Positions 31,153-41,439 of a DNA stretch of 64,000 bases are shown one piece after another. The notes beneath the pieces were generated by a model. It had not been told where the DNA came from, made no database searches, and worked only from the letters and a program-made list of their open reading frames with translations. Numbering within the stretch: the stretch's first letter is position 1; each line of letters begins with the position of its first letter. Made by a program: the position numbers and the translations under genes. The DNA comes from Promethearchaeia archaeon (GTDB lineage Archaea > Asgardarchaeota > Lokiarchaeia > Sigyniarchaeales > SOKP01), in assembly GCA_029856145.1 (NCBI GenBank), contig JAHQWK010000004.1, positions 160,001-224,000 on the forward strand. The letters run 5' to 3'.

Positions 31153-32835
31153 CTAATCCCTCATTTCTTTTGGAAGGGTTAAAACACCTGTAAGTGGATT
31201 ATTTAAAGGATCCTGGCAATATTGAATTGTAAAATATATCAAATCATATAAGATGCTTGGATCCTCTCCGTTTTTTAATTTGTAATCATAAAGTGAAAGC
31301 TGATATTCTGCCTCTGTTATTGGCGGTTCGGCATAGCTTACACTTCCAAATACGGACTGGAGCACTGGTTTTAAAAAGGGACTGTAGAGAAATCCTAACT
31401 CTTTCAATTCATCTTTTAAGTAGAAAAACATTCTCTGAACTGCTTGCATCATATAACGTATCGGTTGATCTTTTGGTCCTAAATATTGCACTGCAAATTC
31501 TGGATCATATTGAGCAAGCTTCTCGTGACTAATATTAGGAGCAGGCCTAAATAAAGAAATCAACCCCCTCTCAATTGCTCCTTGACGATTTATTGCAATT
31601 GTTTCACTACCCGCATCAGGCACCCAAACTCCTTTTTCTAGCAATTTTCTTGCTTTATAGCACATAGCTTGAATCAGCATTCCGACTCCGATACGGCGAC
31701 AAATAGAAATCTGCGCATCACTAATTCTAACTTCGATTGTCCCCCAATCCGTTAGTGGGAACACATCTTGAAATCTTCCGTCTTCTAAACTTGCTTTCTG
31801 GACAGTTTGAAGAAAGAAATTAACAGAATTCTCACTAAGATCAGTTAAATAGGGAATATAATATTTTGGGTCATTCCCACTTAACATGGTAGTGTTATAT
31901 TTTAAACGCAAAGATCTAGTGCAGTTTGGTGCAGTAATTCTTCTATTAATAATTTTTACCACATCAGTCGGTTTATTATTCAAAATCGGAGAATTACATG
32001 TAAGAGCAATAAGATGAGGTATAAAATTTCGAATCATACAATATGCTTGAATTTTCTCTAATTCTGAATTAAAAGTACCTAAGTGCGAATGGTCAGCCTG
32101 GGAGACTCCGCGCATGTATTCCTTCGTCGCTGGATTAATTGCAGAAGCGATGATGTGCAGATCCTTGGGTAGTGTGGTTTTAGCTAATAAAAACAGAGTA
32201 CTCGCCCAGTATGCTAACTCTTCAACATAAACACATGGAGGTGTTACAAGTTCTAATATATACGTAATTGCTGTGACATTTCCATCTCTAGCAAAAGTAT
32301 CTATATCAACAGAACTATCTCCTAAAGCGTAACGTATATCCATAGCATACCCTTTTTCAAGATCATCTCGTCCCCAAGGTCTAGCTAAAACTTTTTGTCT
32401 AATATAGTCAGGTACTGGTAAAAAATCACTTCTCCCTTCATATAATATGTCATCCATAATTTTAATGGCATCTTTTACAATTTCTTTCATTCGATAAACC
32501 ATTTCTTCGCCGGGAGGATAATTACCATTGTCATCTGCTATTATTAATTCCATTTCGATACCATGTGTAAATGGTAAAGGTGTCCAATGTTCTGTATCAG
32601 CAAGCATTTCCGCCCATGGTCTTTCAGGGATATAAACCTCTCGATAATCTGACCCGAGAAATAATTTATCACCAGATCTATCTATGTTATTTCCCAATGA
32701 AACCGCTTGTGCTGCTGCTTTACCTTTTTTAGTATATAGCTGGGAAAAAGTATCTACTTTCTGTCCAGATTTTTGTTTCTTCTTTTTCTCTTTCTTTTTC
32801 TCTTTCTTTTGCTTCTTTTTTTTGTCTTTTGCCAT
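31153..32835 (-). CDS. Glutamate-cysteine ligase family 2 (GCS2/YbdK-like) carboxylate-amine ligase
   Basis: GIEMELIIAD, LELVTPPC, HSHLG, PHLIALTCNSP, GTIEVRISD; Lys-rich N-terminus. Confidence 0.8.
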   Translation of the reverse strand: MAKDKKKKQKKEKKKEKKKKQKSGQKVDTFSQLYTKKGKAAAQAVSLGNNIDRSGDKLFLGSDYREVYIPERPWAEMLADTEHWTPLPFTHGIEMELIIADDNGNYPPGEEMVYRMKEIVKDAIKIMDDILYEGRSDFLPVPDYIRQKVLARPWGRDDLEKGYAMDIRYALGDSSVDIDTFARDGNVTAITYILELVTPPCVYVEELAYWASTLFLLAKTTLPKDLHIIASAINPATKEYMRGVSQADHSHLGTFNSELEKIQAYCMIRNFIPHLIALTCNSPILNNKPTDVVKIINRRITAPNCTRSLRLKYNTTMLSGNDPKYYIPYLTDLSENSVNFFLQTVQKASLEDGRFQDVFPLTDWGTIEVRISDAQISICRRIGVGMLIQAMCYKARKLLEKGVWVPDAGSETIAINRQGAIERGLISLFRPAPNISHEKLAQYDPEFAVQYLGPKDQPIRYMMQAVQRMFFYLKDELKELGFLYSPFLKPVLQSVFGSVSYAEPPITEAEYQLSLYDYKLKNGEDPSILYDLIYFTIQYCQDPLNNPLTGVLTLPKEMRD

Positions 32836-32949
32836 AAAACCCTTCCCTTTTGATTGCTTTACACTATTTTCTAATTTAAAGATATCTTTTTATCTTTTAC
32901 AATATATATAAAAAATTTTAATTTTAAATTTTAGGTAAATCTCTTCATT

Positions 32950-34827
32950 TTAAAATAAAGATTGGATAAAAGTTTTAAAAATATTATAATCGTTGATAAA
33001 TTCGTAGGAAAGGACTAAGTTGATGATTTTTGATTTGGCTGTTGGAAATATCTGTGAAAGCTCATTAGAGATTTTACCCCCTTTAAAAATAGAATCGTCT
33101 ATTATCAAATTAATAGTATCTCCAACTTTTTTAATTTTTGAATAAAATCGATCGCTTAAATCGTGTTCAGACGATATTATAATTGTTGGTTTTCCTAAAT
33201 ATGGAATAAAGTCTAAATTAAAAATTAATACTTGACCGGGGACACTGCTGAGATTTTTAAAAAATTGTTTCAATGAAGCATTAAGGGTGTTTAACTCATT
33301 TTGGTTATAAATCTCTTTTGATGGAAAGACATAATACGCTATTGATTTTTTTAGAGAATATTTCAAATCATTATATACACGATCTAATATTGGAAAAATG
33401 CTAAAATCAAAACTAAATAAAGATAAAAACGCAATTGGAAAATTGAAATCATTTACAAGAATATTACTGCTTACATTTCCACCAATTAAACTAAAATTTG
33501 TAATTTCCCTATTAACTTGAGAGATAAACGTATTCAATAAGAAATATTGAGAAAAAGCTAATGTAGCTTCAACTTTAGTTTGAATTTCATCTACCATTAC
33601 ATAAATAATATCGAATAGATTTTTTGTTAATTTTTCTTTAAGCTCTTGAATAGCAATAGTTTCAATAATAGAATGAGCTACTGTAGGACTATCAAATTCA
33701 GCAAGAGCATTAATTGCGTCCTTTATAAACTCATAAGATTGTTTTCTTAATTTTCTATTTTCTAGGTTGTTGCTATATGAATTATGGCTTAATTGAATGA
33801 TTAAATTAAAAATTTTAATTACTTCAGATTGAGAATTCTGACCATATAACTTTTTCGCTATATTAAACAAAACTCTTGTCTTTAGAAAATCATTATCTAT
33901 TTGCTCTACTAATTTCTGAGCTGATAAGGGATTAGATTCAATTACTTTACTAAATATAATGCTTATAAGATCTTCTTTAATAGAAGGATTTTGAATTAAA
34001 GATCCAGTTCTAATTGCTTGTTCAGGATTCACTAAAACTTGATCTAAAGCTAATAATTTCAATATCTTTTGTTGGAGATCTAAATCTTGTAAATTTCGAG
34101 CTACTTGGACCATTTGATTAAAATCTTTTGAGGCATAAGCTCGAATTAAATTTGTATATAAATTAATTTGTTCAGTCTTGTTGGATAGCATTAATGCGAA
34201 CTCTAAAGCTTTTAGAGGATTATTAATTGAAAGATAACCTTTTGCTAACTGCTTTATATAAGCATCTATTTTTTCAAGCAGTTGAGAAGTCGACGAACCC
34301 ATAGATCGTGCCGAATTGAATTCCTCTCTCAAAATTTTTAACTGTTGTTCTGCCTTTTTTATTGCATTTTGATCCATATTAATGAAATAATCTTCTGAAT
34401 TAAACATTTCAACCTTTTCTGTAATGGTAAAAGCATAATTTTTTAAAATTGCGTTCATTTTGCTAACTGGGACAACCCCTCTGACTTTTTGTACTTTTAC
34501 CTTATATTCAGTAATCTTAAGCCAATTTACATTAATAATTAATTTACCAAAACCATCAGCAGTTGGCTCTAACTTTAATGTTATATCCTTGGTTTCTCCC
34601 GGACCAAATTCTATATGGGTGTTAAATTCTTCGGGTTGTAATCTAATGTTTAAGTTTTCTCCCTCAAAATCGAATTTAAATGTCTCTTTTTTGCTTGAAG
34701 TGTTTACCGTCTGAATTTTGATCTCATTATCAATACCGGTAATTAATAAATTTTGCGGGAATTTTGTTATATTTAAAGAGATGATTTTATCTGCGTTTGA
34801 CATAATTCGAAGGTTCTTCTTGTTCAC
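32950..34827 (-). CDS. Hypothetical protein: beta-sandwich N-terminus, alpha-solenoid repeats, alpha/beta C-terminus
   Basis: FGPGETKDITLKL Ig-like motif; repeated helical units (A..A..I.....K..L..I). Confidence 0.55.
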   Translation of the reverse strand: MNKKNLRIMSNADKIISLNITKFPQNLLITGIDNEIKIQTVNTSSKKETFKFDFEGENLNIRLQPEEFNTHIEFGPGETKDITLKLEPTADGFGKLIINVNWLKITEYKVKVQKVRGVVPVSKMNAILKNYAFTITEKVEMFNSEDYFINMDQNAIKKAEQQLKILREEFNSARSMGSSTSQLLEKIDAYIKQLAKGYLSINNPLKALEFALMLSNKTEQINLYTNLIRAYASKDFNQMVQVARNLQDLDLQQKILKLLALDQVLVNPEQAIRTGSLIQNPSIKEDLISIIFSKVIESNPLSAQKLVEQIDNDFLKTRVLFNIAKKLYGQNSQSEVIKIFNLIIQLSHNSYSNNLENRKLRKQSYEFIKDAINALAEFDSPTVAHSIIETIAIQELKEKLTKNLFDIIYVMVDEIQTKVEATLAFSQYFLLNTFISQVNREITNFSLIGGNVSSNILVNDFNFPIAFLSLFSFDFSIFPILDRVYNDLKYSLKKSIAYYVFPSKEIYNQNELNTLNASLKQFFKNLSSVPGQVLIFNLDFIPYLGKPTIIISSEHDLSDRFYSKIKKVGDTINLIIDDSIFKGGKISNELSQIFPTAKSKIINLVLSYEFINDYNIFKTFIQSLF

Positions 34828-34926
34828 TTTATTAATACTAATCCAAAATATCTCATTATTTTTTAGGTTTAATAATTAATAATGGATTAACTAGTTTAGG
34901 TTTAATTAACAAAAAGCAATGAAGTT

Positions 34927-35694
34927 TTATTTTCCCATTCTTCGATTTCTTCTTAAATAATCTTCTATATCTTCAATTACCATTTCTTTATTATAATCAG
35001 GCCATAAATCCTCTCTAAATTTAAATTCAGCATAAGAAGAATCCCATAACAAAAATCCTGAGATTCTTGCTCCATCATCCATTCCAGTTCTAATGATGTA
35101 ATCTACTGGAGGGAAATTTTTCGTATAAAGATATTTTTTAATTAAATCCGTATTTACATCTTCTGGATTAACACCATCACTGATTATTTCCTTTACAGCG
35201 TCGACTATTTCTTCATGACCATCATACATAATACAAAGGTTTATGAAATTTTGGTCATGTTTCTTAGTAAATTCAATTAATTCTTCAATTTTTTTCTTTG
35301 CATTCTCTGGTAACATTGATATCCTACCAATAACATTGAATTTAACTTTTTCTTCTTTGACAATCGATTCATTTATTACCGTATCGACTGCTTTAATCAC
35401 TATCTTATAAATATACTCAAGTTCCTCAGGTTTACGTTTTTTCACATTTTCAAGTGATAAAATATACAAACTTAAATATTGGATCCCCGCATCAAAAAAA
35501 TCAAATAGCCTCTTTTTGAGGTTTTCATATCCGACTAGATGACCAAAATTGATATCAAGGTTTCTTTTTTTCGCCCATCGTCTGTTTTTGGTTAAAGGGG
35601 GAAATCCCTTTTAAATACCATCAATGATGAGCCCGATATGCTTAGGTAACCTATCTTTTCCAGTTTTTTTTAATTCTTCTAAAGTAGTGACCAT
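34927..35694 (-). CDS. uppS: cis-prenyltransferase (undecaprenyl/dolichyl-PP synthase) split by a 30-nt insertion; exons 35694-35616 and 35585-34927, 245 aa if spliced
   Basis: Removing 35586..35615 restores PKHIGLIIDGNRRWAK; also GH, LSLEN, YDG, DYIIRTG, RISGFLLW, YAEF, LWPDY, RNRRMGK. Confidence 0.9.
35586..35615 (-). other. Putative bulge-helix-bulge mRNA intron (30 nt) in uppS
   Basis: Sense strand TTG ATGG TA|T TTAAAAGGG ATTTC CCCCTTTAA CCAA AA|A CAG; contains an in-frame TAA. Confidence 0.75.
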
Positions 35695-35790
35695 CTAACC
35701 AATTAAAAAGTTGTATTATTTTTAATATTAATATTAAATATTAGAGTTATTAATTTTATCTAAAAATTTTTTATTATATAAATTTATGAT

Positions 35791-36095
35791 TTAAACTCTT
35801 ACCAACTTAACATCGTTGATTGGGTTTATTTTTTTAGAACAATCAGGAGGAATTTTAAATTTATAAGCGATTATCTCATCTTTCATTGACATGTCTAGCT
35901 TTTCCTCTGCCTCATAATAGATTCAATTTCATCAAAAGTGCTTATCTCATCGATGTTGATATTCAGCAATAAGAATGCATACTGAATGAACCTTGCACGA
36001 GAGATATAAATTACTGTCTCCTCATCTTCGAAGCGAAGTGATAAATATTCATTTACTATAAATTCTTGCATGTTTTCTTTGAGTAGGTTTTTCAA
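35791..36095 (-). pseudogene. Frameshifted, truncated N-terminal domain of a multicopy family I recall from Lokiarchaeal LRR proteins
   Basis: EFIVNEYLSLRFED...LLLNI...FDEIESI continues in another frame as (D)EAEEKLDMSM...IPPD and then decays. Family assignment is from recall. Confidence 0.6.
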
Positions 36096-36345
36096 TATTA
36101 TAATATTACCTATTTAAATTGAACGACTCCACAAATTTAAATCATTATCCTCATAATTAATGATAAGTGAGATAATCATATGACAAATCTTTAGATTATT
36201 ACTCTTCATACTCTTATTATTCGAAATTATCATTCATATCATTAATTTTAAATACTATTTTGCAATACTTTGGTTTAATTAGATAAGTTTTTGAATAAAT
36301 AAATATTACATTAAAGAAAAAAAAAGAAATTCAGAGATACGGTTA

Positions 36346-38022
36346 ATGCTTTCTAACGATTATTTATTTTCGAACATTGGAATTGATTCTCTATCGTTTT
36401 TTTCGCCCAGAACTTATGTTGATTTACGTGAACTTGCGAGAGAACGGAATGTAGATCCTAATAAATATACTAAGGGTCTTCTGTCTAAGGAGATTCGAAT
36501 ACCTGAAGTTGATGAAGATGTTGTTTCTTTAGGTTTAAAAGCAGGTTATAATACCTTACAAAGAGGTGGTATCTCTCCTAAGAGTATTGATGCTTTGTTT
36601 TTTGGAAACGAAACTATAACATATAGTGTCAAGTCGATCTCTAACATTTTTGCCGAAATGTTAGATATTTCTCCTAATTCGATTACTCAAGACATATATA
36701 ATGCTTGTGCAGGCGGAACAATAGCAATTCTTAACGCTATAGGTTTAATTGAAAACAATATTATTAATAAAGCCCTCATTATAAGTGCTGATATCTCATC
36801 ATATCGTATAGGTTCGCCCGGTGAGCCAACACAAGGTTCAGGAGCTATTGGATTGGTTATCTCGAAAAATCCTCGAATAGCTAAATTTAGTAAAAATTTT
36901 GGAAAGATATCAGGTAATGTTAATGACTTTTTCAGACTTCCAAATGATAAAAATGCACAAGCATATGGTAAATATTCTCAAGAGGCTTATTTTAAATTCC
37001 AGCTTGGTGCATATGATGATTTAATCAAACATATTGGGGATTTTCATGCAGATTTCTATACATTTCATGCACCATACTCGAAACTTCCGATAAAGATAAT
37101 GCAACAAATAATACTAAAGCGTTGGATTAAACATATATATGAACTACCTAAATTTGAGAGAAAAGCGATTAGATCATCCATACTTACGAAGCTTGATCAT
37201 TTTCTACATGATGTAACCGTATTACCAGAATATCTTTATTTAAAACTAAAAGAAAGAGGATATTCTTCCCCCACTTTAGAGAAATTTTCATATTGGGTGA
37301 ACACAAATGTAAAAGAACGAGTACTTCCTCAACTAAATGTTCCAATGCACTTTGGTAACATGTATAATGCTTCGCTTTGGGCTCAAGTCCTTTACCTTCT
37401 CGAAAACCATGCTCGTGTTGATGATACAATTTATTTTGGTTCATACGGCTCGGGAGCGACTTGTATTTCAGGGCTTCTAAAAGTTCAAGATGATTTTAAG
37501 AAAATTATTCAGAATGGTCCTCACATTGATGACTTTATAAATATGAAAAAGAGAAAAAGCGTTCAAGAATACGAATTAATAAAGAATGGTACTACTAAAC
37601 CAAAGATTTTATTGGGTTATATTGTTGAACATGAACAAAATAATGAAAGAGGCTTTACCCTTCATTACTGTGATGATGGGTGCCTTATCCCGAATATAAA
37701 AGGATTAGATCACTGTCCGAAAGGGCATTCAGGATATCATAAACGGTTTTTCCCTCTCTTTGCGAAGTTGAATAGCGATCCAATTGCTCAATCAGATATC
37801 AATGATCTCAAATATTTAAAAGAAGGGTTAGTAAGAGTAGCTAGTAATGTAAAAAAAGGCAGTGCTTTAGAGTATGAAATAAGAAGAGTTGAGAATGAAA
37901 ACGAGGGAAATCTAAACGCAAAAGGATTATTAAATTGGAGTCCTATATATTTGCCAATATCAGAAAAATATTTAATAAAAAGAGATAATCAAATCGAAGA
38001 TCTGCCTATTGTTCTTGAATAA
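36346..38022 (+). CDS. mvaS: Hydroxymethylglutaryl-CoA synthase with internal insertion and C-terminal Cys/His domain (DUF35-like)
   Basis: Catalytic E (GNET), NACAGGT, HAPY, GNMYNAS, SYGSG; EPTQGSGA; tail CDDGC-x10-CPKGH. Confidence 0.88.
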   Translation: MLSNDYLFSNIGIDSLSFFSPRTYVDLRELARERNVDPNKYTKGLLSKEIRIPEVDEDVVSLGLKAGYNTLQRGGISPKSIDALFFGNETITYSVKSISNIFAEMLDISPNSITQDIYNACAGGTIAILNAIGLIENNIINKALIISADISSYRIGSPGEPTQGSGAIGLVISKNPRIAKFSKNFGKISGNVNDFFRLPNDKNAQAYGKYSQEAYFKFQLGAYDDLIKHIGDFHADFYTFHAPYSKLPIKIMQQIILKRWIKHIYELPKFERKAIRSSILTKLDHFLHDVTVLPEYLYLKLKERGYSSPTLEKFSYWVNTNVKERVLPQLNVPMHFGNMYNASLWAQVLYLLENHARVDDTIYFGSYGSGATCISGLLKVQDDFKKIIQNGPHIDDFINMKKRKSVQEYELIKNGTTKPKILLGYIVEHEQNNERGFTLHYCDDGCLIPNIKGLDHCPKGHSGYHKRFFPLFAKLNSDPIAQSDINDLKYLKEGLVRVASNVKKGSALEYEIRRVENENEGNLNAKGLLNWSPIYLPISEKYLIKRDNQIEDLPIVLE

Positions 38023-38075
38023 TAAGATACTACTACTTTTTTATCCTCATAACTAATTTTACATCCGCATTCAAT

Positions 38076-38636
38076 TTATTCATCTCCCCACCTCTTAATG
38101 TCACTTTCCACCCCAATTTGGTCAAGAATCCTCCCTACAGTATGATCGATAAGTTCATCAACGGATTCTGGATTAATGTAATAAGAAGGAATTGGGGGTG
38201 CAATTACAACACCTAAATTTGCTAGTTTAAGCATATTCTCTAAATGTATTGGACTTAATGGACTTTCCCTTACAATAAGAATTAGTTTTCGTTTTTCTTT
38301 TATTGTTACATCCGCAGCTCTTGTAATTAAATTATCAGAATAACCATTAGCTATTGATGCTAAAGTTTTCATAGTACAAGGAACAATGATCATTCCATCA
38401 GTTTTATACGAACCACTAGCAGGTGGAGCAGTCAAATCATTTACATCATAATAAGTTGTAGCTAATTGTTGAATATCAGTAATTCTTATGTTAGCTTCAC
38501 TTAAAAGAACTAGTTCAGCTGCTTTAGATATGATTAATTCAGTTTCAATATTTTTTTCTTTTAAATAATTTAATAATTTCACTGCAATTGATATACCTGA
38601 GGCACCAGTTATCGCAATAAGAATCATAATTCTCAC
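38076..38636 (-). CDS. ubiX: Flavin prenyltransferase (prFMN synthase)
   Basis: AITGASG, ASGS, PCTMKTLA, RAADVTIKE, RESP, HLENM. Confidence 0.95.
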   Translation of the reverse strand: MRIMILIAITGASGISIAVKLLNYLKEKNIETELIISKAAELVLLSEANIRITDIQQLATTYYDVNDLTAPPASGSYKTDGMIIVPCTMKTLASIANGYSDNLITRAADVTIKEKRKLILIVRESPLSPIHLENMLKLANLGVVIAPPIPSYYINPESVDELIDHTVGRILDQIGVESDIKRWGDE

Positions 38637-38763
38637 AGATATTTGATTGTAAATTTAAATTTCTTCTAAGTATTAATTAATTAGGAATAATAATTATTTT
38701 TTGTATTAATTGTAAAAATGTATAATAAAAAATACTTTTCTAAGATAAAATCGATTGTTAATT

Positions 38764-40044
38764 ATGAGTGGATATAATTCTGAAATTTCTGGTTTTTATA
38801 AATTATCAATAAAAAAACGCAGAGAACTATTATCTGAACTTATTAATTTTAATGAAAATGATATAAAACTTCTGGAGAATTTAGGTTACTTTACAGAAAC
38901 TCAAATTGATACCTTTATAGAGAATGTAATTGGTTCTTATCAATTACCAATTGGAATTGCTTGTAATTTTAAAGTAAACAATAAGGACTATTTAATCCCT
39001 ATGGTTATTGAAGAACCTTCAGTTGTAGCAGCAGCCTCAAATGCAGCAAAAATAGCTAGAAAACATGGAGGTTTTCACTCTGAGAATGTTAAATCAGTAA
39101 TGATCTCTCAAATTCAAATAACTAACGTAAAAGATATTGAATCTGCTAAAAGGAAATTAGAAGAAAATAAGGAAAGCATTTTAAAATACGCAAATGAAAA
39201 AGATCCTCTCTTAATAAAATTAGGTGGCGGAGCTTTTGATTTTGAAATTCGAGAGTTAACAACGAGAAGAGGAGAGATGTTGATTGTTCATTTATTAGTT
39301 GATGTTTTAGATGCCATGGGGGCGAATGTGGTAAATACTATGGCTGAAACCATTAGTCCGTATATAGAAGAAATATCTGGAGGCAAGATATATCTTAGAA
39401 TTGTATCCAATTTGGCAACTCATCGAATAGCGAAAAGTAAAGCAACATTTGATAAGGATTTATTAGGTGGAGACGAAGTAGTAGAAGGGATCTTAAATGC
39501 ATATGAATTTGCACTAGCAGATCCTTATAGAGCTACAACCCATAATAAAGGAATAATGAATGGAATTATAGCTTTAACGATGGCTACAGGAAACGATACG
39601 CGAGCTATTGAATCTGGGGCACACGCATATGCTGCATTGAATGGACAATATTCTCCATTAACCAAATTTCAGATTGATTCTAATGGAAATTTAGTAGGAG
39701 AAATAGAAGTCCCTCTTGCTCTAGGCATTATTGGAGGGATGACTAAAATACATCCTATGGCTCGACTAACTTTAAAAATTTTAAATATCAAAAGTGCAAA
39801 TGAACTTTCTCAAGTAGCAGCTGCGCTTGGTTTAGCTCAAAATGTGGCCGCCTTAAGAGCCTTAGCTTCAGAAGGAATCCAAGAAGGTCACATGGTTCTC
39901 CATTCGAGAAATATTGCAAAACTTGCAGGCGTACCTGAAAAGTTAATAGAAAAAGTAGCAAGCAAATTAGTAGAAGATAAGAAAATTAGAGTTGACCATG
40001 CGAAAGAAATTTTAAAAAGAATACTTAATAATGAAAACCTTTAG
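38764..40044 (+). CDS. hmgA: HMG-CoA reductase, class II
   Basis: ENVIG, EEPSVVAA, DAMGAN, THNKGIMNG, GNDTRA, GIQEGHM. Confidence 0.95.
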   Translation: MSGYNSEISGFYKLSIKKRRELLSELINFNENDIKLLENLGYFTETQIDTFIENVIGSYQLPIGIACNFKVNNKDYLIPMVIEEPSVVAAASNAAKIARKHGGFHSENVKSVMISQIQITNVKDIESAKRKLEENKESILKYANEKDPLLIKLGGGAFDFEIRELTTRRGEMLIVHLLVDVLDAMGANVVNTMAETISPYIEEISGGKIYLRIVSNLATHRIAKSKATFDKDLLGGDEVVEGILNAYEFALADPYRATTHNKGIMNGIIALTMATGNDTRAIESGAHAYAALNGQYSPLTKFQIDSNGNLVGEIEVPLALGIIGGMTKIHPMARLTLKILNIKSANELSQVAAALGLAQNVAALRALASEGIQEGHMVLHSRNIAKLAGVPEKLIEKVASKLVEDKKIRVDHAKEILKRILNNENL

Positions 40045-40111
40045 TTTTATAAAATTTGTTTCTGTAACTCAAAATATTAGTCAATTAGATCGAAATAAGT
40101 TTATGAGATGA

Positions 40112-41422
40112 ATGAAATTTATGGGCTTTAGAGAATATATAAATCAAATTGATGAAGAAGGTCTTCTTCGAAAGGTTGAAATTGAAGTATCGAAAAATTT
40201 AGAGATTCCCGGAATTTTGAAAGAGATTGAACCAACTCCAGTTATGTTTAATCATGTTAGAGAATCGGAATTTCGTGTAATTGGTAATGTTTTCTGTACT
40301 AAAAATGTAATTGCTTCATATTTCGGTGTTACTCCTGCAGATCTCATACCAATGCTCTCAAAAGCGATTTCAGAACGTTCAGAACCAGAAGTTGTTTCTA
40401 GGGCTCCTTGTCAAGAAGTCATTGAATCAGGAGTTGATTTAGATAATCTTCCAATTTTATTCCATTGTGAAAAAGATGGTGGAAATTATATTAGTTCTGC
40501 TGTTGTTATTACTCGAGATCCTGATTATGGACAAAATATGGATTTTCATCGAGCAATGCAATTTTCAAAAGGAAAATTTTCAACTCGAATAGTAAGGGGT
40601 CGTCATTTTCACAAATTTTTAGAAAAAAATGGTGAATTAGACGTAGCTTTTTGTATAGGAAATACTCCAAACATTCTAATTGCTGGAGCAACTTCTGTAG
40701 ATATTGGAGTTGATGAATTACAAATAGCAAATGCATTAGAACCTATTAAAGTAGTTAAAGCAAGTTCAGTAGATCTTCTAATACCTGCAGAAGCAGAATT
40801 CATTTTAGAAGGACGTGTTTATTTAGAAGAAAAACATTCAGAAGGTCCTTTTGTTGATCTAACTGAGACCTATGACACGATTAGAGAAGAACCCGTCTTT
40901 GAAGTAAAAAAAATCACTCATAGAAAAGATGCGATTTGGCAAGCTTTATTACCAGGTGCACTTGAACATAAAATATTAATGGGGATGCCTCGAGAGCCAA
41001 CTATATTTAATAAAGTAAAGGAAGCAGGAGTAAAGTGTTTAGATGTAAATGTAAATCCTGGAGGTTGTTCATGGTTACATGCAATAGTCCAGATTGATAA
41101 AAAAACAGAAGAAGACGGGAAAAAAGCGATATTTGGTACCTTTACAGGGCATAGAAGTTGTAAACATGTTTTTATTGTTGATAAAGATATTAATATTTAT
41201 GATCCTCTCTCTGTAGAATGGGCGATGGCAACTCGCTTCCAAGGAGATACCAGAATGATAGTGAAAAATAAAGAACCAGGCAGTAGTTTGGACCCCAGTG
41301 CTGAACCAAGCAGTAAGTTAACTACCAAAATTGGGTTTGATTTAACTAAACCACTTGTCGTTAAAGGAAAGAGTTTTGATATTGCAGAATTTCCAAAAGT
41401 TGATCTGAACAAATATTTTTAA
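40112..41422 (+). CDS. ubiD: UbiD-family decarboxylase; by context anhydromevalonate-phosphate decarboxylase
   Basis: DGGNY, EGPFVD, VDKDINI, WAMATR, GSSLDPS, KIGFDLTKP; lies within the mevalonate operon next to ubiX. Confidence 0.88.
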   Translation: MKFMGFREYINQIDEEGLLRKVEIEVSKNLEIPGILKEIEPTPVMFNHVRESEFRVIGNVFCTKNVIASYFGVTPADLIPMLSKAISERSEPEVVSRAPCQEVIESGVDLDNLPILFHCEKDGGNYISSAVVITRDPDYGQNMDFHRAMQFSKGKFSTRIVRGRHFHKFLEKNGELDVAFCIGNTPNILIAGATSVDIGVDELQIANALEPIKVVKASSVDLLIPAEAEFILEGRVYLEEKHSEGPFVDLTETYDTIREEPVFEVKKITHRKDAIWQALLPGALEHKILMGMPREPTIFNKVKEAGVKCLDVNVNPGGCSWLHAIVQIDKKTEEDGKKAIFGTFTGHRSCKHVFIVDKDINIYDPLSVEWAMATRFQGDTRMIVKNKEPGSSLDPSAEPSSKLTTKIGFDLTKPLVVKGKSFDIAEFPKVDLNKYF

Positions 41423-41439
41423 GATGAGGAAAGGAAAAA

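Noticed and set aside
34927-35469. 180-aa uppS starting at TTG 35469
   Set aside because: It lacks the HIxxIxDGNRRW catalytic region, which is present upstream across the 30-nt insert.
35587-35614. Alternative BHB register for the uppS insert with a perfect TGGT/ACCA helix
   Set aside because: It would excise 28 nt and leave a frameshift; the 30-nt register restores DGNRRW and gains a 3-bp outer helix. Only an experiment can fully exclude it.
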